64,000 bases of DNA from Bacteroidales bacterium. Its GTDB lineage: Bacteria > Bacteroidota > Bacteroidia > Bacteroidales > Muribaculaceae. Position 1 is the stretch's first letter, and every line of letters starts with the position of its first letter. The translations under genes and the position numbers were made by a program. Shown piece after piece: positions 19,564 to 29,308 of this stretch. The stretch lies in NCBI GenBank assembly GCA_014800245.1, contig JAAVGM010000018.1:26944-90943 (forward strand), written 5' to 3'. The notes beneath the pieces are model-generated. The model did not search any database and was not told the DNA's origin. It worked only from the letters and a program-made list of their open reading frames with translations.

Positions 19564-20151
19564 ATGACATTCACACAACCAAGACTCCCCTATTCAGTCG
19601 ATGCACTGGCACCGGTGATTTCGCCGGTAACTATCGATTATCATTATGGAAAACACGAAAAAGCGTATATCGACACGCTCAACCAGCTTATTGCCGGTAC
19701 GAAATATGAGGAAATGCCTCTTGAAGAGATTATAAAACAATCAGAAGGAAAACTCTTCAATCAGGCATCTCAAGCATGGAATCATATCCTCTACTTCTTC
19801 CAATTTTCACCTTCCGGAAGAAGGGAACCAGAAGGAGCTTTAAAAGAAAAGATTGACGAACAATTCGGATCTTTTGAAGATTTCAAGAAGAAATTTGAAG
19901 AGGCCGGTGCAACCCTTTTCGGTTCCGGATGGGTTTGGCTGAGTGCAGACTCAGATGGAAAGCTGTTCGTAACACAAGGATCAAATGCAGAGAATCCTCT
20001 GACTAAAGGATTGAAACCTATTTTTGTGTTCGATGTATGGGAACATGCCTACTACCTCGACTATCAGAACAGACGTGCTGAATATCTTTCCAAACTTTGG
20101 GACATTGTAGATTGGGAAATAGTGGAGAGAAGATATCAGGGAGAAGAATAA
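19564..20151 (+). CDS. sodB: Fe/Mn superoxide dismutase (Fe or cambialistic type)
   Basis: HYGKH, QAWNH, FGSGW, DVWEHAYY. Confidence 0.95.
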   Translation: MTFTQPRLPYSVDALAPVISPVTIDYHYGKHEKAYIDTLNQLIAGTKYEEMPLEEIIKQSEGKLFNQASQAWNHILYFFQFSPSGRREPEGALKEKIDEQFGSFEDFKKKFEEAGATLFGSGWVWLSADSDGKLFVTQGSNAENPLTKGLKPIFVFDVWEHAYYLDYQNRRAEYLSKLWDIVDWEIVERRYQGEE

Positions 20152-20220
20152 AACAAAACTGCCCACTATATCGGACCACCATCGGCTATACGATTGAGTT
20201 AGCTTTAAATTTAATAAATT

Positions 20221-20257
20221 CAGGGAATGATCTAATGATATTCATTATTTCATCCCC
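20221..20257 (+). terminator. Intrinsic terminator after the sod gene
   Basis: CAGGGAATGA...TCATCCCCTG stem followed by T8. Confidence 0.7.
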
Positions 20258-20470
20258 TGTTTTTTTTATTTTTCACCTACCTATAAACACATTTCTATCA
20301 ACAATATATTAGCAAAAGAGAAGTTATAGATATAATGAAATCCGGATTTTTAGTAAAAAAATATGATAGATTTTCTTTTAGGATTGTTATGTATAATGAT
20401 TTATTGTTTTTAAATAGAATTGTATTTAGAAACAAACCACGAAATACAAGTAGAAAAATATATATAATTG

Positions 20471-20830
20471 ATGCAAAATAATGTTGAACTAACACCGGTT
20501 GTGGTAGAAGCAATCCGGAATAAAAAAGGGAACAAAATCACTACCATCGATTTCGCCGGAATTGAAGGCGCATCAACAGGAGGATTCGTAATTTGCCAAG
20601 GCAGAAGCACATCTCAAGTGTCGGCCATTGCAGATGAAATACGAGAATTTGTGTTCAAGCAGACCGGACGCAAGCCATATAATTATGACGGATATAAAAA
20701 TTCTCAATGGATTGTGATCGACTACGGCGACCTTATGATTCATATTTTCCTTCCTGATGTCAGAGAATTCTATAATCTTGAAGATCTTTGGAGCGATGGA
20801 AAAACAGTGGAATTAGAAGATATCGAATAG
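20471..20830 (+). CDS. rsfS: Ribosome silencing factor RsfS (Iojap)
   Basis: KKG..I..ID, FVICQG.S..QV.AIAD, W.VIDYGD.MIHIF...REFYNLEDLW. Confidence 0.93.
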   Translation: MQNNVELTPVVVEAIRNKKGNKITTIDFAGIEGASTGGFVICQGRSTSQVSAIADEIREFVFKQTGRKPYNYDGYKNSQWIVIDYGDLMIHIFLPDVREFYNLEDLWSDGKTVELEDIE

Positions 20831-20873
20831 TAAATAATTAATAATAAGGCCTTAACATAAACTTATTGCAATA

Positions 20874-22970
20874 ATGGCTCAACCTAAAAGAAACAGAAAT
20901 ATGCGTTCTCTAAAAAACCTTTATTGGTTTTACGCATTAATTATACTCGCTCTATGCGCCCTTTACTATTTTCAGGATAGTTCACAAGTTAAGATTGTGG
21001 ATTGGACCACTTTCGAACAAGGTGCGTCGCAGGGTGATGTGGATAAAATTGTCGTTTTCTCTGAGAATGGCACTGCAGAAGGGGATCTCACTAAGCAAGG
21101 GGAAAGGAATCCCAAATATGAATTTCAAAACGCAATGGGGATAACAGACGCGAAGAAAATCAAAACCACTATCCCCTCTACAGATAAGATACAAGAGAAA
21201 ATCGACCAATGGAATGCAGCCCTTGCCGCACAAGGGAAACCTGAAATTCAGATCACATACGAGAAAGGGAGTGATCTGATGAAGGTATTTTGGTATTTCG
21301 GTCCCATTCTGCTTCTTTTCGGCTTCATGTTCTTTATGTCGAGAAAAATGGGCGGTGGAAGCGGCGGCGGTGGTATTTTCAACGTGGGAAAATCCAAAGC
21401 CCTTGTATTTGACAAGAACAACAAGACTAATGTCACATTTAAGGATGTAGCCGGCTTGGCTGAAGCGAAAGTGGAGATTGAGGAAATTGTGGAATTTCTT
21501 AAGAATCCACAGAGATACACCGAGCTTGGCGCAAAGATTCCCCGTGGTGCACTTCTTGTAGGCCCTCCGGGAACAGGTAAGACTCTTCTTGCGAAAGCTG
21601 TAGCCGGCGAGGCCAATGTTCCTTTCCTTTCCATGTCCGGATCCGACTTCGTGGAGATGTTTGTCGGTGTCGGCGCAGCTCGTGTCCGCGACCTTTTCAA
21701 GCAGGCAAAGGATAAGGCTCCATGTATCATCTTTATCGATGAGATTGATGCTGTGGGTCGTGCGCGTGGCAAGAATCCGAATATGGGTTCAAACGATGAA
21801 CGCGAAAATACTCTAAATGCAATGCTGACCGAGATGGATGGTTTTCAGTCGAACAGCGGTGTAATCTGTCTGGCTGCCACCAACCGTGCAGATATGCTTG
21901 ACAAGGCTCTCTTGCGTCCGGGACGTTTCGACCGTCAAATCTACGTAGATCTCCCCGAGCTCACCGATCGTATTGAAATTTTCAATGTTCATCTTCGCAA
22001 TATAAAGGTCAATAGCAAGCTTGATGTTGAGCAGTTGGCTCGTCAGACTCAGGGCTTCTCCGGAGCCGATATTGCCAACGTCTGCAATGAGGCTGCTTTG
22101 ATTGCGGCAAGAAATAACAAACAGGAAGTGGATTGGGACGATTTCATGGGTGCGATCGACAGAATTGTCGGTGGTCTGGAAAAGAAATCAAGAATCATCA
22201 CTGACGATGAAAAGAAATCTATTGCCACTCATGAGGCCGGACATGCCACAATCGGCTGGCTTACTCAATATGGCAATCCCCTTCTAAAGGTAACGATTGT
22301 GCCTCGTGGTCGTGCGCTTGGAGCTGCATGGTATGCTCCGGAGGGAAGACAGATTATGCCAACGCAAGCTCTCCTTGATGAGATGTGCGGTCTGCTTGGC
22401 GGACGCGCGGCAGAAGAGGTTTTCTTAGGAGAAGTCGGCACCGGCGCAAGCAACGACCTCGAACGATGCACAAAGATTGCACGCGCCTTGGTGCTCGTGT
22501 ATGGTATGAGTGAGAAGCTTCCCAATATAAATTATTCTGATTCCACGGGTCAGGATATGGGCTTCACAAAACCCTATTCCGAGGAGACAGCAAAGATAAT
22601 TGATGATGAGGTGAAAAGAATCATCAATGAACAATATGAGCGTGCAAAGAGTATTCTGCGCGAATATGCTCCGCAACATAATAAGATTCGTGACCTTCTT
22701 GTGGAGAGAGAAGTTATCTTCCATGATGATGTGGAGGAAATCCTTGGCAAACGCCAATGGAAATCTCGAACTGATGAAATAATGGAGATAAACAAGAAAG
22801 AAGAGGAACGCAAAGCTCATGAGGCTAAAGAGAATGACGAACACGAATTGGATTCTCTTTTCAATAAAAAGCCGAAGCCAAAGAAAACAGAGGATAATGC
22901 CGGTTCGTCATCCTCTCCGAAACAGGAAGATGAAGATCCGGGCACACCCCCTCCCTTCACCAAAGAATAA
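20874..22970 (+). CDS. ftsH: ATP-dependent zinc metalloprotease FtsH
   Basis: Two TMs, Walker A GPPGTGKT, Walker [27 protein letters not shown]. Confidence 0.98.
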   Translation: MAQPKRNRNMRSLKNLYWFYALIILALCALYYFQDSSQVKIVDWTTFEQGASQGDVDKIVVFSENGTAEGDLTKQGERNPKYEFQNAMGITDAKKIKTTIPSTDKIQEKIDQWNAALAAQGKPEIQITYEKGSDLMKVFWYFGPILLLFGFMFFMSRKMGGGSGGGGIFNVGKSKALVFDKNNKTNVTFKDVAGLAEAKVEIEEIVEFLKNPQRYTELGAKIPRGALLVGPPGTGKTLLAKAVAGEANVPFLSMSGSDFVEMFVGVGAARVRDLFKQAKDKAPCIIFIDEIDAVGRARGKNPNMGSNDERENTLNAMLTEMDGFQSNSGVICLAATNRADMLDKALLRPGRFDRQIYVDLPELTDRIEIFNVHLRNIKVNSKLDVEQLARQTQGFSGADIANVCNEAALIAARNNKQEVDWDDFMGAIDRIVGGLEKKSRIITDDEKKSIATHEAGHATIGWLTQYGNPLLKVTIVPRGRALGAAWYAPEGRQIMPTQALLDEMCGLLGGRAAEEVFLGEVGTGASNDLERCTKIARALVLVYGMSEKLPNINYSDSTGQDMGFTKPYSEETAKIIDDEVKRIINEQYERAKSILREYAPQHNKIRDLLVEREVIFHDDVEEILGKRQWKSRTDEIMEINKKEEERKAHEAKENDEHELDSLFNKKPKPKKTEDNAGSSSSPKQEDEDPGTPPPFTKE

Positions 22971-23004
22971 TTTGAAATGTGCAACTAAAGACTGATTTGA
23001 AATA

Positions 23005-23040
23005 TTTAATTAGCCGCGTTATAAAATGCGGCTAATTAAA
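23005..23040 (+). terminator. Hairpin after ftsH (probable terminator)
   Basis: TTTAATTAGCCGC/GCGGCTAATTAAA 13-bp arms; weak U-tract. Confidence 0.6.
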
Positions 23041-23077
23041 TACAAATCTGAAAACTTATTATCTTAATATAGTTTCC

Positions 23078-23155
23078 AAATCCACGAAATATTGGTCAAA
23101 TTGGAATATTTTTATTCCATCTGTTTCCTAAAATAGTGGATTTTAACTAAATTTG
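23078..23155 (+). promoter_or_regulatory. RND operon promoter with co-centred nested inverted repeats
   Basis: AAATCCAC-N16-TGGAATA-TTTT-TATTCCA-N16-GTGGATTT, then TAAATTTG at 23148-23155. Confidence 0.55.
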
Positions 23156-23240
23156 CATAAGAAAAGGATTCATACAGGTAAATAAAACATAGTATTTTAC
23201 GCGATTTCACGGAATAAACAAACACATAATTATAAAAAAA

Positions 23241-24407
23241 ATGAGAATTAGAACAGTAAATGCAATGATTCTGCCGGCTTTGGCAGCCTCATTACTCTTT
23301 CCTTCATGTAAAGGGAAAAATGCACAGCAACAGCAGGGTCCGATGGTTCCGGAGCTGGCCGTGATCACTGTAGGTGAAGAAGATACTCAGCTCGAAACCG
23401 GGTTTCCCGCCACCCTTCATGGAGAAAACGATGTTGAAATTCGTCCGCAAGTTTCAGGTTTTCTGACTAAGGTTCATGTCCAAGAAGGTCAGCATGTGTC
23501 AAAAGGACAGGTATTATTTACAATTGATCAGGTGTCGCTTCAGGCTGCTGTTGACGCCGCTCAAGCTGCCGTACAGTCAGCACAGGCTCAGGTAAATGTG
23601 GCTCAGGCGAATGTGAATACTGCCCAGACAAATGCCAATAATAATAAAGTTCTGCTCGACAAGAATATCATCTCCCCCTCTGCCTATCAGACTTCTGTTG
23701 ATGCCCTCAACGCGGCAAAAGCTCAGCTCAATGCTGCAAAGGCCGGTCTTGGACAGGCACAGGCACAGGTGGTTTCTGCTAAAAAGAATCTATCCTATTC
23801 CACTGTCACTGCCCCTGTTTCCGGCGTGGTCGGCGTGATTGACAATAAGGAAGGCTCTTTAGTGTCTCCACAGACTCTTCTCACAATTCTTTCAAACAAT
23901 TCTGACATCGAGGCTTATTTCTCGCTCAATGAAAAAGACATTCTCAGCTTGACAGATGATGGCAAACGTTCCATCAACCAAGCAATTGCAAAGATGCCGG
24001 AAGTAACACTTCTTCTTGCTAATGGTGAAAGATACAGTCGTCCGGGTAAGATTATCTCCATTTCAGGTGTAATCGACCCTGTTACAGGCTCTGCATCTGC
24101 AAAAGCTCTCTTCCCGAATCCTGATGGCATGATACATAGCGGGGCAACAGGTCAGGTGCTTATCCCCTCTTTGCGCACTAATTCAATCCTCATTCCTCAA
24201 TCCGCAACCTACGAAGTACAGAATATGAAATTCTGCTATGTTGTTGGCGACTCCAGCAAGGTTCATTCTGTGCCCATCACTATCGATCCTGAAAACGACG
24301 GAAAGAACTATATCGTGACAGGTGGTCTCAAACCCGGCGATGTTGTTGTCACTGAGGGTGTAGGTATCTCTGTAAAAGATGACATGGTGATCAAACCTAA
24401 AAAATAA
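23241..24407 (+). CDS. RND efflux periplasmic adaptor (MFP) lipoprotein
   Basis: Lipobox LFPSC; VEIRPQVSG, lipoyl motif EGQHVSKGQVLF, coiled-coil hairpin, FPNPDG. Confidence 0.95.
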   Translation: MRIRTVNAMILPALAASLLFPSCKGKNAQQQQGPMVPELAVITVGEEDTQLETGFPATLHGENDVEIRPQVSGFLTKVHVQEGQHVSKGQVLFTIDQVSLQAAVDAAQAAVQSAQAQVNVAQANVNTAQTNANNNKVLLDKNIISPSAYQTSVDALNAAKAQLNAAKAGLGQAQAQVVSAKKNLSYSTVTAPVSGVVGVIDNKEGSLVSPQTLLTILSNNSDIEAYFSLNEKDILSLTDDGKRSINQAIAKMPEVTLLLANGERYSRPGKIISISGVIDPVTGSASAKALFPNPDGMIHSGATGQVLIPSLRTNSILIPQSATYEVQNMKFCYVVGDSSKVHSVPITIDPENDGKNYIVTGGLKPGDVVVTEGVGISVKDDMVIKPKK

Positions 24408-24451
24408 ATAAGCGTGCTCCGTCATAGGAGCAGCTTTTAAGAAGAGATAAT

Positions 24452-27400
24452 ATGAATATTTCAACTTTCATTAAACGTCCGGTCCTATCTACCGTGATTT
24501 CGATTTTTATCGTGATTTTCGGTATATTAGGTCTTTTCTCCCTCCCAATCGAGCAATTCCCGGATATTGCTCCTCCGACGATCCAGGTTTCCACCACCTA
24601 TACCGGAGCTAACGCTCAGTCGGTTCTTAACTCTGTGATTGCCCCTATCGAGGAGCAGATCAATGGTGCGGAGAACATGGACTATATGTATTCTACTGCC
24701 GCCAATAATGGTTCGGCCACTATTCAGGTGTATTTTAAACCGGGAACAGACCCGGACATGGCAGCCGTAGATGTGCAGAACCGTGTGGCAAAGGCCGCTT
24801 CGTTTCTCCCCTCTGAGGTGAACCAAGTTGGTGTTATCACTCAGAAAAGGCAGTCGTCAATGCTTATGGTGTTCGACGTATATTCTGAAGATAAACAGTA
24901 TTCGCAGGAGTTTATCGACAACTATATGGCAATCAACATCATCCCGGTTATCAAGCGTGTATATGGTGTTGGTGATGCTACAGTGTTGGGTGCCGATTAT
25001 AGTATGCGAATATGGCTTAAGCCTGATGTTATGGCTCAGTATTCTCTGATGCCTTCCGATGTCACTGCCGCTCTTGCTGAGCAAAACATAGAGGCTGCTC
25101 CCGGTCAGTTTGGCGAGCAGGGAAATCAGACTTTCCAATATGTGATGCGCTATAAGGGTCGTCTTCAGAATGAGTCGGAATTTGAAGATATCGTGATACG
25201 TGCTCTTCCTGATGGAAACCTTCTTCGTCTGAAAGATGTGGCTGATGTCGAACTTGGTCGTCTATCTTATGGTTTCAACACCACGATTAATGGTCACACC
25301 GGATGTGCGGCTATCATCTATCAGTCTGCAGGATCTAATGCTACCCAGGTTGTAGAGGAAATTCAGAAAAATCTTGATCAGTTCCAGAAGGAGGCTCCGA
25401 AAGGGATAAAGATCACAACCACCATGAATGTCAACGAGTTCCTTTTTGCCTCTATCCATGAGGTGGTTAAAACTCTTATTGAGGCATTCGTGCTGGTGTT
25501 CCTTGTAGTGTTCGTGTTCCTTCAGGATTTCCGCTCCACAATCATCCCGATGATTGCAATTCCTGTGGCCCTAATCGGTACATTCTTCCTCATGTATATC
25601 TTTGGCTTCTCCATCAACCTTCTCACCCTCTCAGCTCTCGTGCTTGCGATTGCTATTGTGGTCGATGATGCTATTGTGGTGGTGGAGGCGGTCCATGCCA
25701 AGCTCGATCAGGGCTATAGCTCGGCAAAAAGGGCTGCCATTGATGCAATGAATGAAATTACCTCTGCGTTGATATCCATCACCCTTGTCATGATGCTTGT
25801 GTTCATCCCGGTATCGTTTATGAGTGGTACGACAGGTGTGTTCTATCGCCAGTTCGGTCTTACAATGGCTATGGCAATCTTCTTGTCGGCTATCAATGCA
25901 TTGACTCTTACGCCTGCTCTTTGCGCGATATTCCTTAAGCCTCATAAGAACGAAGATGGTGAAGTTGCTCCCCTTTCAGAGAGAATGAAGGAGGCCTATT
26001 CTGCTGCCGGAGAGGTGATGAAAGAGACTTATAAGAAACGGTCCTCACTCCGCTTCCCTCCTCTTGTAACATTCATTTTCCTTATTGCTGCAATCGTATT
26101 CCTTGTGCTCGGATGGTATGAATTTGAGAACGTTGCGGAGAGTGTGATTGCTTGTGTTGTGGCATTATTGGCAGTGATTGGTATTTTCACACAAGATTTC
26201 AAGAATGCCTTCAATAAATATTTCGAGAAGCTTCATAACGTTTATCTTAAAGCTTCATCTTGGTTTGTAAAGCATAAAGTTATCTCTGCAGCCACTGTGC
26301 TTGCTGCGATTGCAGTATTGGGATTCCTTATGACCACTACCCCGACCGGTCTTGTTCCCGATGAGGATACCGGTACAATCATGGGTGTTGTCAATATGCC
26401 TCCCGCCACTTCTCAGGAAAGGACAAAAGCAGTTATGGACAAGGTGGATAGCATTTGTGCCACTATTCCTGAAATTGATGTTCGAAACGTTATTACCGGT
26501 TTCAGCTTTATCGGTGGACAGGGTAATACCTATGGCTCGCTTATCATCAAGCTCAAGCCCTGGAGCGAACGTAAGGAAGCTTCTCAGAGTGCGGATGCAA
26601 TCTTGGGTATGCTTTTCCAGAAAACAGCAGCAATCAAGGATGCTCAGATCATGTTCTTCAAGCCTCCTATGATTTCGGGTTATGGTGTCACCAACGGTTT
26701 CGAGCTTCGTCTTGAGGATAAGACCGGTGGTTCGCTTGATAACTTCTTCAAGGTTTATCAGCAGTTCATTGGAGCGCTTAATGCTCGTCCGGAGATTGCA
26801 ATGGCATATTCTACCTTCAATCCCACGTTCCCCCAGTATCTTGTGGAACTCGATGTTGCAAAGATCAAACAGGCCGGGTTGACACAGAACGCAATTCTTT
26901 CAGCTCTGCAGGGTTATTATGGTGGTATGTATGTGTCTAACTTCAATAAATTCGGTAAGCTTTACCGTGTAATGATGCAGGCAAATCCTGAAGCCCGCGT
27001 TTCTCCGGAGACATTGAAACGAATCAAAGTCAGAAATGGTGCCGACATGGCTCCCATCGACAACTTTGTGAAATTGACTCGCGTTTATGGTCCTGACATC
27101 ATTAACCGATTCAATATGTTTACCTCAATTTCAGTTACGGGTTCGCCCGCTCCCGGATTCTCCTCTGGTCAGGCTCTTGAGGCTGTCTCTCAGGTTGCAG
27201 CTCAAACTCTGCCCATGGGATTCGGTTATGAATATGCCGGTATGTCTCGTGAAGAGGTGGCTAACGGATCAGGTTCGACAGCATATGTATTCGGACTCGT
27301 GCTTCTTTTCGTTTACTTGATTCTTAGCGCACAGTATGAAAGCTACCTTTTGCCTTTCTCTGTTATTCTTTCCGTACCGTTCGGTTTGATGGGATCGTTC

Positions 27401-27844
27401 GTCTTTGCCAAGATGATGGGAGTCAACAACAACATCTATCTTCAGATTGCGTTGATTATGCTTATCGGTCTTTTGGCGAAGAATGCTATTCTTATTGTTG
27501 AGTTTGCTATCGAACGAAGAAGAACCGGTCTCAGCATCATTAACTCTGCAATTCAGGGTGCATCCGACCGTCTCCGTCCTATCCTTATGACTTCGTTTGC
27601 GATGATTATCGGTCTTCTTCCGATGATGTTCTCTTCAGGAGCCGGTGCGAATGGATATATCGCCTTGGGTACAGGTGCCGTCGGTGGTATGTTGATCGGT
27701 ATGATCCTTCAGCTTCTTGTAGTGCCTGCTCTATTCGTGGCATTCCAGATGATTCAGGAAAAAATCACTCCTCCGAAGTGGAAGGATACCGATAATAGCG
27801 GTCTTTCTTCTGAGATCGAACAGTATAGTATTAACAAAGACTAA
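24452..27844 (+). CDS. RND (HAE1, AcrB-like) efflux permease, 1130 aa
   Basis: FIKRPV, LPIEQFPDIAPP, VVDDAIVVVE, AKNAILIVEF, RLRPILMTS; proton-relay residues intact. Confidence 0.97.
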   Translation: MNISTFIKRPVLSTVISIFIVIFGILGLFSLPIEQFPDIAPPTIQVSTTYTGANAQSVLNSVIAPIEEQINGAENMDYMYSTAANNGSATIQVYFKPGTDPDMAAVDVQNRVAKAASFLPSEVNQVGVITQKRQSSMLMVFDVYSEDKQYSQEFIDNYMAINIIPVIKRVYGVGDATVLGADYSMRIWLKPDVMAQYSLMPSDVTAALAEQNIEAAPGQFGEQGNQTFQYVMRYKGRLQNESEFEDIVIRALPDGNLLRLKDVADVELGRLSYGFNTTINGHTGCAAIIYQSAGSNATQVVEEIQKNLDQFQKEAPKGIKITTTMNVNEFLFASIHEVVKTLIEAFVLVFLVVFVFLQDFRSTIIPMIAIPVALIGTFFLMYIFGFSINLLTLSALVLAIAIVVDDAIVVVEAVHAKLDQGYSSAKRAAIDAMNEITSALISITLVMMLVFIPVSFMSGTTGVFYRQFGLTMAMAIFLSAINALTLTPALCAIFLKPHKNEDGEVAPLSERMKEAYSAAGEVMKETYKKRSSLRFPPLVTFIFLIAAIVFLVLGWYEFENVAESVIACVVALLAVIGIFTQDFKNAFNKYFEKLHNVYLKASSWFVKHKVISAATVLAAIAVLGFLMTTTPTGLVPDEDTGTIMGVVNMPPATSQERTKAVMDKVDSICATIPEIDVRNVITGFSFIGGQGNTYGSLIIKLKPWSERKEASQSADAILGMLFQKTAAIKDAQIMFFKPPMISGYGVTNGFELRLEDKTGGSLDNFFKVYQQFIGALNARPEIAMAYSTFNPTFPQYLVELDVAKIKQAGLTQNAILSALQGYYGGMYVSNFNKFGKLYRVMMQANPEARVSPETLKRIKVRNGADMAPIDNFVKLTRVYGPDIINRFNMFTSISVTGSPAPGFSSGQALEAVSQVAAQTLPMGFGYEYAGMSREEVANGSGSTAYVFGLVLLFVYLILSAQYESYLLPFSVILSVPFGLMGSFVFAKMMGVNNNIYLQIALIMLIGLLAKNAILIVEFAIERRRTGLSIINSAIQGASDRLRPILMTSFAMIIGLLPMMFSSGAGANGYIALGTGAVGGMLIGMILQLLVVPALFVAFQMIQEKITPPKWKDTDNSGLSSEIEQYSINKD

Positions 27845-27906
27845 GATAAATTCCCATATGACAGATGCTCTCGTGGCATCTGTCATACCACCTATCTTTA
27901 TTTACA

Positions 27907-29283
27907 ATGAATAAGTTATTAAAATATTCTTTGGTGTTTGCAGCTATGGTCTCCCTTTCAAGCTGCCACATCTACAAGAAATATGAGCTTCCTGCGGACA
28001 ACAACGTTTACGTTTCCGATTTCAAGAAAGCCACAGAAAACGTTGATTCCACCGGACTTGATTATCTTAGATGGGAACAGGTCTTCACCGACCCGACTTT
28101 GCAATCATACATCCGCATGGCGCTCGACAACAACCGCAATCTTGACGACGCTCGTCTGAATGTAGAGATAGCCAATGCACAGCTTAAAGGTGCTAAATTA
28201 AGCTACTTCCCTTCTGTGGCTCTCAATCCGAATGGAGGCACAGCCAGCTATGGAGGCAGTCATATGAATTGGTCCTATACCCTTCCTCTTGCAATAAATT
28301 GGGAGGTGGATGTGTTTGCCAAAATTCTCAACCGCAAAAGAGGAGCACAGGTTTCCAAAGAGCAGATGTTGGATTATGAGCAGGCTGTAAGATCTCAGGT
28401 GATCTGCGGTGTAGCAAAAACATATTATGCCCTTGTACTTCTAAATCAACAGCTCGACTTAACAAAGCGCACTGCTGCCATTTGGAAAGATCAGGTGGAA
28501 TCTATGAAGCTTATGAAGGAGGCGGCTCGTACGAATGAAGCAGCTGTAGTTCAGAGCGAGGCCAACTATTATAGCATCCTTGCTTCCATCCCTGATATTG
28601 AGGAAGGAATCACCACTACCCAGAATGCTCTCTCTCTTCTTATTGGTGTCTATCCTAAGGCTTGGACTGTAAGTTCGGATCTTAATTTTGAACTCCCTGT
28701 TTCAATTGCCAATGGTGTTCCGGTTTCTTATCTTGCTTCTCGTCCGGATGTCAGAGCGGCAGAAAGAGGATTGGCAGCGGCTTACTATTCCACAAATAGT
28801 GCCCGCGCCGCTTTCTATCCCTCTCTTAATATATCTTCCAACGGAGGGTTCACCAATCTTCTGGGAAGTATCATCACCAACCCCGGCAAATGGTTCATTC
28901 AGCTTGCCGGTTCGCTTTCAGCTCCCCTATTCTCCCGAGGACAGAATATCGCCACTCTTGAAGCGGCAAAGGCTCGTCAGAAGCAGGCAATGAATGCATT
29001 TGAAACTTCCATAATCTCTGCAAGCTCAGATGTGAGCAATGCTTTGGCTTCCTACAAGGCCAGCGAGGAGAAACGAGAAGCACTCGTGAAACAGGTTGAA
29101 AGCCTTGAGAAATCAGTGGAATATACTCAGGAACTCTTCACTCTTACTCAGCAGACCACCTATCTTGAGGTGCTGACTGCGCGTTCATCTCTTTTGAATG
29201 CTCAGCTGGCAAGCCTTAGTTGCTGGCACAGCAAAGTGGCAGCTCTTATCAGCCTTTATCAGGCTGTAGGCGGCGGACGCTAA
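27907..29283 (+). CDS. Outer-membrane efflux factor (TolC/OprM-like) lipoprotein
   Basis: Start moved to ATG 27907 to give lipobox SLSSC; WEVDVF, RPDVRAAE, LYQAVGGG. Confidence 0.93.
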   Translation: MNKLLKYSLVFAAMVSLSSCHIYKKYELPADNNVYVSDFKKATENVDSTGLDYLRWEQVFTDPTLQSYIRMALDNNRNLDDARLNVEIANAQLKGAKLSYFPSVALNPNGGTASYGGSHMNWSYTLPLAINWEVDVFAKILNRKRGAQVSKEQMLDYEQAVRSQVICGVAKTYYALVLLNQQLDLTKRTAAIWKDQVESMKLMKEAARTNEAAVVQSEANYYSILASIPDIEEGITTTQNALSLLIGVYPKAWTVSSDLNFELPVSIANGVPVSYLASRPDVRAAERGLAAAYYSTNSARAAFYPSLNISSNGGFTNLLGSIITNPGKWFIQLAGSLSAPLFSRGQNIATLEAAKARQKQAMNAFETSIISASSDVSNALASYKASEEKREALVKQVESLEKSVEYTQELFTLTQQTTYLEVLTARSSLLNAQLASLSCWHSKVAALISLYQAVGGGR

Positions 29284-29308
29284 TTGAACACTTTAAAATC
29301 ATTATACT

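Noticed and set aside
20258-20470. OxyR-type site or small ORFs between sod and rsfS
   Set aside because: ATAG/CTAT words are present but not at ATAG-N7-CTAT spacing, and the short ORFs are low-complexity AT-rich translations.
27865-27906. Longer N-termini in the ORF track (OMF 27865, nrdD 56845, dCMP deaminase 44357, rubrerythrin 37059, small ORF 49933, DUF3108 9653)
   Set aside because: The extensions run through hairpins, promoters or neighbouring genes; downstream ATGs give the family-typical starts.
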